Position numbers and translations under genes: made by a program
Shown here: positions 20,026-29,100 of the stretch, piece by piece
How positions within the stretch are numbered: the first letter of the stretch is position 1
Layout of the letters: every line of letters begins with the position of its first letter
DNA from: a virus
Taxonomy: Duplodnaviria > Caudoviricetes
DNA: 64,000 nucleotides
Reading direction: 5' to 3' (one strand)
IMG/VR virus record: IMGVR_UViG_3300034272_001608
Coordinates: 2,105 to 66,104 of that record
The notes under the pieces: model-generated
The model's database searches: none
Seen by the model: only the letters and a program-made list of their open reading frames with translations
What the model was told of the DNA's origin: nothing

Positions 20026-21417
20026 TTAGGTGTTATTTTGAGCTTTTGTTGAGGCTTCTTTTGCCTTTCTTTTCTCCATAAGTTCTTTAACCCTATCTCT
20101 CTTCCTTTCTTCTTGTTGTTCCTCGAAACCTAAGAATGTCACCGAGCTTTCAGTGTCGATTTCAAGTAATTCGTTGTTGAATTTGCAGTTTTCAAATACG
20201 ACCCCGTCTTTACCAAGACGTGATTTAGTAATGGCTATTGTCGCAAGATTCATTTCTTTTTGTTGGAGTGTTTTTGCTACCGTGATAATAACGTGTCCTA
20301 CTTGTGCCTTTTTGATTGAACCTCCCATTTGGTCTGTAGTTACAACTTCTGAAGATATAGAACTTCTATTTCCTTGAGTTGCGGTCCATCCTACCAAATT
20401 TAGTTCGTGACACATTGCTTCAAAACCTCTCATTACTGAACCCTCAGCCTTCCACTCATCCTTTGCAGATGTCTCAGGTAATACACAATCGATGTAATCT
20501 AACATAATCATGTCAATTTTTGTTCCGTCAGCAATGATTTTTCTAACTTGACTCTTTAATTGATTCATAGTCATAGTATCAGATGCCAACTTCTTCAAAA
20601 TTAACTTGTTTTTCATAGTTTCTTGGATGTCAGTTATTTTACCCATAACCTCATCTCTATGATTAGCTAATTCATCAGGTGCAATGCCCGTCCAAATGGT
20701 GAAGTGTTTTCTTTGGACAATCTTTGGGTTGTCTTCAAAAAATACTTGGAGAACATTGTATCCCATATTAAATGCGGTGTTTGCTATCTTGGTTAATATA
20801 GTTGTTTTACCAACCCCTGTTGGAGCTAAAATAACACCTATCTCTCCTTTTGCTAACCCACCTTTTAATAATCTGTCAATACCTGGTATTCCCATTGGAA
20901 TTGGGTGTCTATAATCCTCGTCCAATACGGTTTCCAATTCTGAAAAGATATCTGTTTGTCCTTTTTCAATTTCACCTACTTGTAAAGCCTCTCTCACTAA
21001 TCCTTCAACTTTATCGTAGGATTCAAAATCACCTTGTGTGATAATTTTTTGTGCTTTGTCCATAGCCTTTTGAAGTTCCTGTTGTTTACAGAACTTTAAA
21101 GCCTTTTCTTGGACAAATTGAGTTCCTTCAAATGGAGCCTCTTTAACTTGCTTCAATGTGTCTAACACAATTTTAGCAACCATTTCTTGAGTGACCTCGG
21201 ATTTAATAATTTGTTCAAGGGTTTCGAAGTTAGGCGTAGACTCATACTTAACATAGTATTCCTTAATCATTTGTAAGATGATTTTGAAGTACTTGTTGTC
21301 GAAATAAGATGCTTCGATAACGTCGATAATAGACGATGAAAAATCTTTGTCTACTACAATCTGGTTAAGTAATTGAATCTGAAAAGTGTTCCCTAAATAA
21401 TCGAAATTTTTGTTCAT
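20026..21417 (-). CDS. dnaB: Replicative DnaB-family (SF4, T4 gp41-like) helicase
   Basis: Walker A APTGVGKT, Walker B MIMLDYID, WTATQGNR, KSRLG arginine finger. Confidence 0.9.
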   Translation of the reverse strand: MNKNFDYLGNTFQIQLLNQIVVDKDFSSSIIDVIEASYFDNKYFKIILQMIKEYYVKYESTPNFETLEQIIKSEVTQEMVAKIVLDTLKQVKEAPFEGTQFVQEKALKFCKQQELQKAMDKAQKIITQGDFESYDKVEGLVREALQVGEIEKGQTDIFSELETVLDEDYRHPIPMGIPGIDRLLKGGLAKGEIGVILAPTGVGKTTILTKIANTAFNMGYNVLQVFFEDNPKIVQRKHFTIWTGIAPDELANHRDEVMGKITDIQETMKNKLILKKLASDTMTMNQLKSQVRKIIADGTKIDMIMLDYIDCVLPETSAKDEWKAEGSVMRGFEAMCHELNLVGWTATQGNRSSISSEVVTTDQMGGSIKKAQVGHVIITVAKTLQQKEMNLATIAITKSRLGKDGVVFENCKFNNELLEIDTESSVTFLGFEEQQEERKRDRVKELMEKRKAKEASTKAQNNT

Positions 21418-21453
21418 AATTTGTTATAATGTATCCCCTGTATTATTAAATAG

Positions 21454-21906
21454 TTACTTACTAAGGTCAAATTCCAAATATTTGTAAGTTAATTTCTGAG
21501 TTGAAAAAATGTCAGTCAACTCTCTTAGAATCTCTTTTAAAAATGGTCGTACGTCAACCGTATAACGAACTTTTGGTGGGAAAAATTTTCCATCAAAAAC
21601 TCTGTGACAAATTGTCGTGTCCCCAACCTTAATAAAAAGGTTAAAAACTTCAGGTCCTTCGGTATACGAAGTGTTCATAATTGACGGGTCGTGAGTAATG
21701 GCATCTCTGTTGTCCATCATGTAAATAACCGTTTTCATTTTCAGGTGATACTGAAGTTGGTCTTTAATTTGACTAACGGTTTCGTACAACTCTACAGAGT
21801 TTTTTGCCTTTTGGTTGAACCCTCTCACATTGAAAAATCTTTGGACCACGATATTATCGTTAAGGGTCAAAAGGAATTCCATCTTTGTGCTGTCTTGCTC
21901 TTTCAT
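21454..21906 (-). CDS. Hypothetical protein in replication cluster
   Basis: 150-aa ORF between exonuclease and helicase; no recognised motif. Confidence 0.7.
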   Translation of the reverse strand: MKEQDSTKMEFLLTLNDNIVVQRFFNVRGFNQKAKNSVELYETVSQIKDQLQYHLKMKTVIYMMDNRDAITHDPSIMNTSYTEGPEVFNLFIKVGDTTICHRVFDGKFFPPKVRYTVDVRPFLKEILRELTDIFSTQKLTYKYLEFDLSK

Positions 21907-21912
21907 GTTTGT

Positions 21913-22914
21913 TTAATTTTTGTTTGTGTTTCGTTTTTCTTTTCTTGTTAATTTCATAAATGGTCGGAGGAAGTTTACCCAAGCTTCGTCGTTTTTGGGT
22001 AGATACTTGAAGAGACCGTCCTCCATCATCATTCTCATCAAGTTCTTATATCCTCTGTCGGTGGGGTCAATGGTATCGGTGTGGATTTGTTCTACAAGTT
22101 CTTTACCGTCATCGGTAATTAACGGATTGTGGAGGTCTACAATCTTTTTATTTGTCTCATAGAACTGTTCACCAAGTATACCACATTTTGTACGTCCAGT
22201 CAAAATATTTTCTAACGCTTTTGGTTTTTTCTTTTGTTGGTTATTTCGTGCCTTATCCAAGATTTCTTCGATAGTACAGGATTTCTCCAACAATTCAGGA
22301 AACAATTTGACCAAAGTCTTTTCTCCCAACATTTCTATACCATCTATGTTATCAGACTTATCCCCTGTCATAATCTTGGTTAATAAGACGTTAGTATGTG
22401 GTATATCAACCTTATTGATTGTAATCTTATCTCCATTCTTAAAGTATTGTTTTGATGTTGGAGAATAGATGGTAACCCTTTTGGATATAAGTTGTGTTAA
22501 GTCTTTGTCCGCCGAGAATATAATAATTTGTTCGTCAGTTGCGATGTTTGCATAATATGCAATTAGGTCATCAGCCTCATTATTGACCATCTCAACTTGG
22601 CGTACGAATATTTCCTCAAGGTATTGTTTAACCCGAGCTTTCTGTTGAAGATATGATTCGTACTTATACTCATTCATATCTTGTCTACGATTCGCCTTGT
22701 ATTGTGGATATATGGATTTCCTGATAGATGAATTGGAGTCTCCGTCCCAAAAGACAACAACCTTATCGTGGTTGTGTTCCTCTAAGAACTTTCTTAAGAT
22801 GTTGATAAAATGGTAGATTCCTCCTAAGTGGTCTCCACCATTATACAACTCTTTTACTCCGTGAAATCCTATTTTAAACAGATTGTCTCCGTCTACTAAT
22901 AATGTCTTAATCAC
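21913..22914 (-). CDS. 5'-3' exonuclease / flap endonuclease (T4 RNase H-like)
   Basis: LLVDG, VFWDG, YKANR, EADD, SADKDLTQL, GDKSDNIDGI..LGEKT; GTG start. Confidence 0.92.
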   Translation of the reverse strand: MIKTLLVDGDNLFKIGFHGVKELYNGGDHLGGIYHFINILRKFLEEHNHDKVVVFWDGDSNSSIRKSIYPQYKANRRQDMNEYKYESYLQQKARVKQYLEEIFVRQVEMVNNEADDLIAYYANIATDEQIIIFSADKDLTQLISKRVTIYSPTSKQYFKNGDKITINKVDIPHTNVLLTKIMTGDKSDNIDGIEMLGEKTLVKLFPELLEKSCTIEEILDKARNNQQKKKPKALENILTGRTKCGILGEQFYETNKKIVDLHNPLITDDGKELVEQIHTDTIDPTDRGYKNLMRMMMEDGLFKYLPKNDEAWVNFLRPFMKLTRKEKRNTNKN

Positions 22915-22943
22915 AATCTGTGATTTAAATGTGAAACAATATA

Positions 22944-23945
22944 CTAATCTTCTTTTTCTTCTTTCAAAGTGAACTCACCATCAGAACCGATAATATCTTT
23001 CCAATAGTCAGCGTATTCTTTTTTGTAGGCCTCAATAGAGACCTTTTCTTCTGCCGCTTCTTTACCCGCCAAGAATCCGTGTGGTGTCACAATTATCTTA
23101 CCATCCTCATAACCCAAACCATTAATGTGGTTTTTCATTACAGAGATTTTAGTTCTAATTGCAAACTTAATGCTTCTTTTGTCTTTTGTTGCCGTAATCT
23201 TATTAGTTCCCGCGCCTTTTTGGTTACCAAATAAAAACACCAAAGATGAGTTTAACCAAATCGCCTCACCACCCTTAGCCTTAATTTTTGGTTGACCAAA
23301 CGGATTGTCTGGTAGTTCAACCCAAGGTTGGTTAACAATAACCAAAGTGTTTTCGTATTTTGAATCAGCTTTACGTGAACCTGAAATACGTTGGTTGATA
23401 CCCATACCAATTTTGTCTGCAAGTGTTGATGCGTTGTGTTGTTTACCACCTTTACCTTCAAAAGTCATCTTACAAGGAACAGAACCAACTGAGTCCCATA
23501 GGAACAATAAACTATAATCTAACTCACCTTTTTCTTGAGCATCCAACAAACTATTGATGTAATCTGTAATTTGTTCGATGTAGTCAAAGTTATTATTGAA
23601 GATGTAAAATCCATCCCAATCTAATTCCCCTGTCTCTTCATCAACAACCTCTTCACATTGGAATCCCATCAACTTAGCGTGTTCAAAACTCCATTTTTGT
23701 TCTGTGATGATGAATACAGGAAGAATTCCTTTTTTCTGAGCATCTACCGCTGTTTTTACCAAGGCAGTTGTTTTACCTGTGTCTGAGTGACCAAGTAACA
23801 TATTTAAATGTCCAATGGCTGGACCTGGAAGTCCAACGGCATCCAAGAAGTCAGGACCCAAATCAAAAAATCTTTGTGGTTTATATTTTGCTGAAGTGGA
23901 AAACTTCTTTTTTAAACTTTCGAAATCGTTTTTCTTAATCGCCAT
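22944..23945 (-). CDS. recA: RecA/UvsX-like recombinase
   Basis: GHSDTGKT Walker A, LFLWDSVG Walker B, VIVNQ, KGGEAI, KNH motifs. Confidence 0.85.
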   Translation of the reverse strand: MAIKKNDFESLKKKFSTSAKYKPQRFFDLGPDFLDAVGLPGPAIGHLNMLLGHSDTGKTTALVKTAVDAQKKGILPVFIITEQKWSFEHAKLMGFQCEEVVDEETGELDWDGFYIFNNNFDYIEQITDYINSLLDAQEKGELDYSLLFLWDSVGSVPCKMTFEGKGGKQHNASTLADKIGMGINQRISGSRKADSKYENTLVIVNQPWVELPDNPFGQPKIKAKGGEAIWLNSSLVFLFGNQKGAGTNKITATKDKRSIKFAIRTKISVMKNHINGLGYEDGKIIVTPHGFLAGKEAAEEKVSIEAYKKEYADYWKDIIGSDGEFTLKEEKED

Positions 23946-24225
23946 TTTGTATTTTTTTTATGTTTGGTAGTTTGTTTGCCTTTGGTCCTTTATAGAAGAT
24001 AGGGTCTTCCTCATATAAGGAACCTACTTCTTCTTCGTGAAAGGTTACTAATCTATGATTAAGTTCTCCCTCTTCACCTTCTCTCAACATACCAAACAAA
24101 ACTGTATCACCAATTTGTTTACCTCTTCCTGAGAAGTAACTTTTATCTTTTAACTGACTTAAAATTTCATAGGATAATATTTTATTATCTCTTAATTGTA
24201 AATCAATTTCTTCTTTAAACGTCAT
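23935..24225 (-). CDS. Hypothetical protein
   Basis: 96-aa ORF overlapping the recA start. Confidence 0.6.
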   Translation of the reverse strand: MTFKEEIDLQLRDNKILSYEILSQLKDKSYFSGRGKQIGDTVLFGMLREGEEGELNHRLVTFHEEEVGSLYEEDPIFYKGPKANKLPNIKKIQNGD

Positions 24226-24227
24226 GT

Positions 24228-24261
24228 AAAAAAAATTAAAGGGTGGGGGATTCCCACCCTT
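24228..24261 (-). terminator. Intrinsic terminator after ssb
   Basis: 9-bp stem AAGGGTGGG/CCCACCCTT (24239-24261) followed by a U-rich tract on the minus strand. Confidence 0.75.
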
Positions 24262-24269
24262 GTTATAAA

Positions 24270-25124
24270 TTAGAACGGTAAATCACCGTCTGGTTCGTCA
24301 TTAACTTGTGGGTCAACTGACTTAGCGGATGACTTTGGTTTTCCACCACCAATAGAAGTTTCTTCTACTGAGCTATCACCATATACATAACCACCTTTTT
24401 CAGAATCCCATTTTGGTGTTTCCCCTCTTGCGATTGCCTCAAGATATTCAACAGGTTTTTTTGAATATACATCCAACCATGTTAACTCATCAGTAATCCA
24501 CTCTTTTGCTGTATCAGCATCTTGGTGAACTGTAGTTGGGTCGTCATACATAATAGTCGAAACTGTAGTGTATTCTTTACCCTTTGGAGTTTTGGCTTTT
24601 GCCAACTCGATGATTAAATCACGACCTGTTTCAGCATCAGTGATGTCACCTTTGTTTCTCCAAATAGGAATAATTTTATCAAGAATACCATCATTCTTGT
24701 AGTTGTGTTTAAATCTCCAGAATTTTGGACCGTCTTCTTCGTGGTCTCTGTCGATAACTTTAACAATGTAGAATTTACGAGATTTGTACTGTTTAGCCAA
24801 TTCTTTGTCAGATTCTTTACCAGTTGACATCAACTCTTCGTAAACCTCATTTAAAGGTGAACGTTCGTTGTCGTTTTTTCCTGGGTCGTAGAACTTCTGC
24901 CATTGACCTCCCACTTGGATTTCGTGATACCAAGCTTCTTTAAATGGTGATGAACCATCTGGAGTAGGAAGAATTCTTACTCTTCTTTGTCCTGATTTTT
25001 CTTTATCTCCAAGGATTAAAGCGAAATACTTTTTCATTCTTTCGTCTTGCGACATTTTTGATTGGGCCCCGCCCCCGATTTGATTTTTTTCGTACTGTGC
25101 CAATACGGCGTCTAATGAACTCAT
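24270..25124 (-). CDS. Single-stranded DNA-binding protein (T4 gp32-like)
   Basis: RVRILP...PF..AWYH, FYIVKVIDR, DITD.ETGRDLII, acidic tail ending DGDLPF. Confidence 0.85.
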   Translation of the reverse strand: MSSLDAVLAQYEKNQIGGGAQSKMSQDERMKKYFALILGDKEKSGQRRVRILPTPDGSSPFKEAWYHEIQVGGQWQKFYDPGKNDNERSPLNEVYEELMSTGKESDKELAKQYKSRKFYIVKVIDRDHEEDGPKFWRFKHNYKNDGILDKIIPIWRNKGDITDAETGRDLIIELAKAKTPKGKEYTTVSTIMYDDPTTVHQDADTAKEWITDELTWLDVYSKKPVEYLEAIARGETPKWDSEKGGYVYGDSSVEETSIGGGKPKSSAKSVDPQVNDEPDGDLPF

Positions 25125-25160
25125 GTTTTTTAATTTTTAATTTGAGAATTTGTTTATACA

Positions 25161-25190
25161 AGTATAGTTTAAAGTGTGACTATAGTCAAA
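25161..25190 (-). promoter_or_regulatory. Host-type promoter for the ssb-recA-exo operon with overlapping 12-bp palindrome
   Basis: Minus strand TTGACT-N17-TATACT (25189-25161); also reads as TTTG-N20-TATACTTG, one mismatch to the Bacteroidota -33/-7 consensus; palindrome TGACTATAGTCA at 25177-25188. Confidence 0.65.
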
Positions 25191-25192
25191 TG

Positions 25193-25218
25193 AAAAAAGG
25201 TACCGTTGGGTACCTTTT
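25193..25218. terminator. Bidirectional-type intrinsic terminator
   Basis: AAAAGGTACC-gttg-GGTACCTTTT perfect 10-bp stem with A/T tracts on both sides. Confidence 0.8.
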
Positions 25219-25234
25219 ATATATTTTGTTCAGA

Positions 25235-25906
25235 TTATCTGAACGATGTTTTATAAGCTTCTTTTTCCATTCCTCCTCCTGGTTGAAATGAATTTTTGAT
25301 GTCATTAACATTAATATCGGTAACCTCGTCTGAAGTTAAAACATAATCATTTTTTCCTGTCTTTTCCATTTCTTCTGATTTATCATCAAAGAATTGTGAA
25401 AGTTTTTGGTTAAACGGATATGAATCATATGTTCTTAATTCTAACTTTTCTTGAGGGGTTTTCTCTCTATATTTCTCAATCTTATTTTCAAGTGAGTTAA
25501 GTTTATTCATAATATTATCCATTTCACCTAATTTAGATTGTAAATCATTAAGTTGGTTGAATAAGTTGTTGAAATAATCTTCTTGTTTCTTTTCAATATT
25601 TTTTTGAGAGTCAACTAATTCTGTAACATCTAATTCTTCAGAACCTTCTCCTTCGTCTCCTTCTTCGGATTTACCTTCGTCGTCAAGTTTCTCAACGTCA
25701 GGGTCATTCTCAACATCAATAATTTGAGGTGCCGCTGGTGGTACCGCCTCAGCAGGTGCTGGTGGAGGTGTTGCTCCAGCCTCAGGTGCCAATGCCCCTA
25801 ATGCATCTTCAGCAGGTGGGGGTGGTACTGCGGCTTGTTCCATGATGTACTGATTGATACTTCTATATCTTTCAATCTCACTAATAATTTTTTTATCTAA
25901 ACTCAT
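25235..25906 (-). CDS. Acidic Pro-rich coiled-coil protein, putative internal head/scaffold-like
   Basis: IISE...IMEQ leader, A/P-rich and D/E-rich disordered region, heptad coiled coil. Confidence 0.55.
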   Translation of the reverse strand: MSLDKKIISEIERYRSINQYIMEQAAVPPPPAEDALGALAPEAGATPPPAPAEAVPPAAPQIIDVENDPDVEKLDDEGKSEEGDEGEGSEELDVTELVDSQKNIEKKQEDYFNNLFNQLNDLQSKLGEMDNIMNKLNSLENKIEKYREKTPQEKLELRTYDSYPFNQKLSQFFDDKSEEMEKTGKNDYVLTSDEVTDINVNDIKNSFQPGGGMEKEAYKTSFR

Positions 25907-25909
25907 TTT

Positions 25910-26134
25910 TTATCCGTTTAATAATGTTTTTATTCCGTTACCAGTTTCAACCATTACTTGTTTATTAACATAAGTATTGTTTTGAACTCTTTCTATTAGA
26001 CCGTCTCTTTCTCTGACGATGTAACAAACACCAGTATCTAAATCACAAACTTCTTTAGTACCATCTCCCAGGTCTCTATCAGAAAAGTTTGTTCTTTTTC
26101 CTAAATAGTTGTCTATTGCTTCTTTAATGTTCAT
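25910..26134 (-). CDS. Small hypothetical protein
   Basis: Start moved to ATG 26134 (MNIKEAI), which follows the TATTTAT motif at 26149-26155 and avoids overlapping the hub gene; EVCDLDTGVCY motif. Confidence 0.65.
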   Translation of the reverse strand: MNIKEAIDNYLGKRTNFSDRDLGDGTKEVCDLDTGVCYIVRERDGLIERVQNNTYVNKQVMVETGNGIKTLLNG

Positions 26135-26165
26135 ATGAATCTTTCTATATAAATATATTGTTATG

Positions 26166-29100
26166 CTATAAAGTGAAGGGCTCACTCTTTGCTGTAAATG
26201 TTCCTGGCACGTCCGCATTATTATAAGTTACAGATAAAACAAATCTCCCTGAATTTTTCACATCGATAACGTTTGTATATTTGGTGTCAGGAGTATTGGT
26301 TATTGTTATGTTTTGTACCGATGTTTGTTCGTTTGACTTAACAACCTCAACTTTAGTTATTACACAACGAGAACAACTGAATCTATAAGTAATGTACCCA
26401 CCATCAGGTCTTTTTATATTGTAATATTCTTTACCATTATAATTAGGTAAATCAACGTCTTCACTTCTTTGTATAGAAACTAAAGAACCTTCGGGTTGAA
26501 CCGTGTTTCCTGTTGATGGAACAACGATTCTGAAATTATAATCTCTAGTGAAATCTTGAGGGTATTTTACTTTGTCCGCAGGTCTAGCATACAATTCAAT
26601 TGTTGTACTAATTTCAAGTCTATTTCCATCCTCCATTTCAATATCCTGTTCAAACGCTTTATCAATAAACGCTTCTCTTGTTATTGAGAATGTTTGACCA
26701 TCAGGTGACACGAATCCTTCAAGCGCTTGATATGTACCTTCGCTTGGCGTGTATCGTTTAACCGTGTTGTTCGGTCCAATTTCTATCGCATCAATCCTAT
26801 AATTGTACCTTGGCTGGTCATCTATTTTCCAAACACCGACCCCTTCAACAGGATTTACTTTTACTGTCAAAATTCCGTTACCAAGTTCACTTGATGTTTT
26901 ATCAGTTAATATTAATGGGCTTTGTGCAGTATTTTGTAAATTTGGGTTTGTAGTAGTAACTGTCGTTCCTGTTGTACCCGTTGTTGCTGAAGATGGTGGA
27001 ACTGCGTTGGCATTAGTAGGGTTTTGGAACGCGCCTGGTGATGATGCGGTAGATGCGGAAATTGCTGGGTCATAGGTGAATAATCCAGTAGGACTATATA
27101 AACCATATTCACCTACCGCCGCAACCTTGGTCTGAACTTTAAATGTTCCTGTTCCAAATTTTGGTATTGATAATCTTAAGGTATTTTCATTCAAGAACGT
27201 GATATCTTTAGCTAATACTTTTTCAAAAATTTGTTGTGGTTGTTGTGGTGTAACTTGGCTTGAGAAAGTAACCGCACTTACACTCGCCAAGTTTCTACCG
27301 TTGATTTGAATTATTGTACCAGTATTACCAGACAATGGTGTGAATGTATTAATAATCGGTGGAGGGCACGTTAATCCTGAAAGTACAGGAAGTGGTGTTG
27401 GGGTTGGTGTAACTCCTGGTGTTCTTCCTTTTGCCTCAGCATTCTTTATTGCTGTCTTGAAGTCAATTACTTTATCGGCATTAGTTAATCCGACCTCAGT
27501 CGCTGATTTTAACGCTTTATAGAACGTATCTTTTGTTTGTTTAAATTCACCAATATGAGAATCATAATACTCAGGTGTAATATTAGACTTAGGCCAAAAA
27601 CAAACATAATACTTTGCAAGACCAATATCTAAAATTCTATTAACATTTGCCGTTAATCTACCAGACATAAAATTAATATACGCGTCTAAAGATGCGAAGT
27701 GTGCAACTGGTTTAGATGAACTTGTTGACGGGTTTGATGTTATATTTATACAACTATACGTTCTTTGAAGTTGTGATATTTGTCCACCATAACTCATTTC
27801 TAAATCAAGTATGGCTAAGTTGTTATTCCACGCGTTAAACGTACCTACAGATGTGTTAGAATCTTTTTGATATGTTTTCATGTATGAAATACAATATATT
27901 ATTGACTGTAAATCAGGGTTACTTGGTATTAATCTCTTAAGAGCATTTGCAAGTTCTTGAGGTGTAACCTTTGTAGACGTACCGTTAACAGCCGTATAGG
28001 CAGGATTAGCGTTTGTATATTCAGGAAGAATAACTTTTGCACTACACGAGTTTGTGGTGTCTAATGTATTGTTGGCCTGTTGAGGTAATTCTTTAGCTTT
28101 GATTGTATTTGTAATTCCACTAACCGCAACTTGTTCTTTATTAATTTTTTTCAACTCTTCAAGTTTTGTTAGAAGGTTTTGATTAATACTTTGTAAGAAA
28201 CTGTCAATCGCAGGTAAATCATAGATACCCTGTCTAACACCATTAAATACAGTTTGGAAACTTCCAGGTTGTATTGAGTGATTTACATCTGTAATCATAT
28301 AAGGACCGTTAAACATAGGTACGTGCCTTACATTGAAGTACATTGTAGGTTGGATTAACGCATTCCCTAAAGCAGTAACAGTACACTTATAACTTCTTTG
28401 TTTGTATAGGTTATATAAACTAACATTTTGAGTTGCCACCGCTCTTCCTGACGCTTGGTCAACCATGTTAAGTTGGGTGTTAATTGATTCTGAAGTTGCA
28501 ACACCATTGTCTTGGGAAACAGTGAATGAATAGAATATGTTTTGATTTCTAATTCCAAGGTCAACATTAAATCCAACACATTTGTTTGATACCGCCCAAT
28601 CTTTTTTACCTTGTTGATTTTCTAACAGTGGGTTTTCAGATGCTCTTCTCATTTCAAATGCGTCATCTCTAAATCTTGAGTTACCTTTTGGTAATGCAAG
28701 ATATTGTGACGGTTTGCCCACATAGAAACACACCATTTTTGGACCTGAATTTCTATAATCAACATTTAAAAAAGTTCCCCAAAAATTATTTGCAAACTCT
28801 AAAGAGCCTTCAGGTTTTGGTTCTGTAGTTCCGTCAACATCTTGAATGTTATAAAAGTTTACGTAGGCTGGTAAATTCATAACTGTAAAGTTATTCTTAA
28901 TAAGAATACCACTAATGAATGTGAATACGCTCATAGCTTGATTCAAAGAATACTCTCCTGGTTTGTCCCCACCAACACCAAACATAGTTTTTAAATCAAA
29001 TATATCTAAAAGTATTGTGTCTCCAATATTTCTTGACGCTCTATCCAAGAACAAGATATCCTCAAATAAAGTTTTTGTTTTGTAGTCTCCACCCGCAATC

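Noticed and set aside
26135-26218. ORF-track N-terminal extension of the 25910 gene (likewise the starts at 708 and 63837)
   Set aside because: The extension overlaps the hub gene and spans the promoter motif; 699 gives ATGA coupling; the 63535 frame stays open to the window edge.
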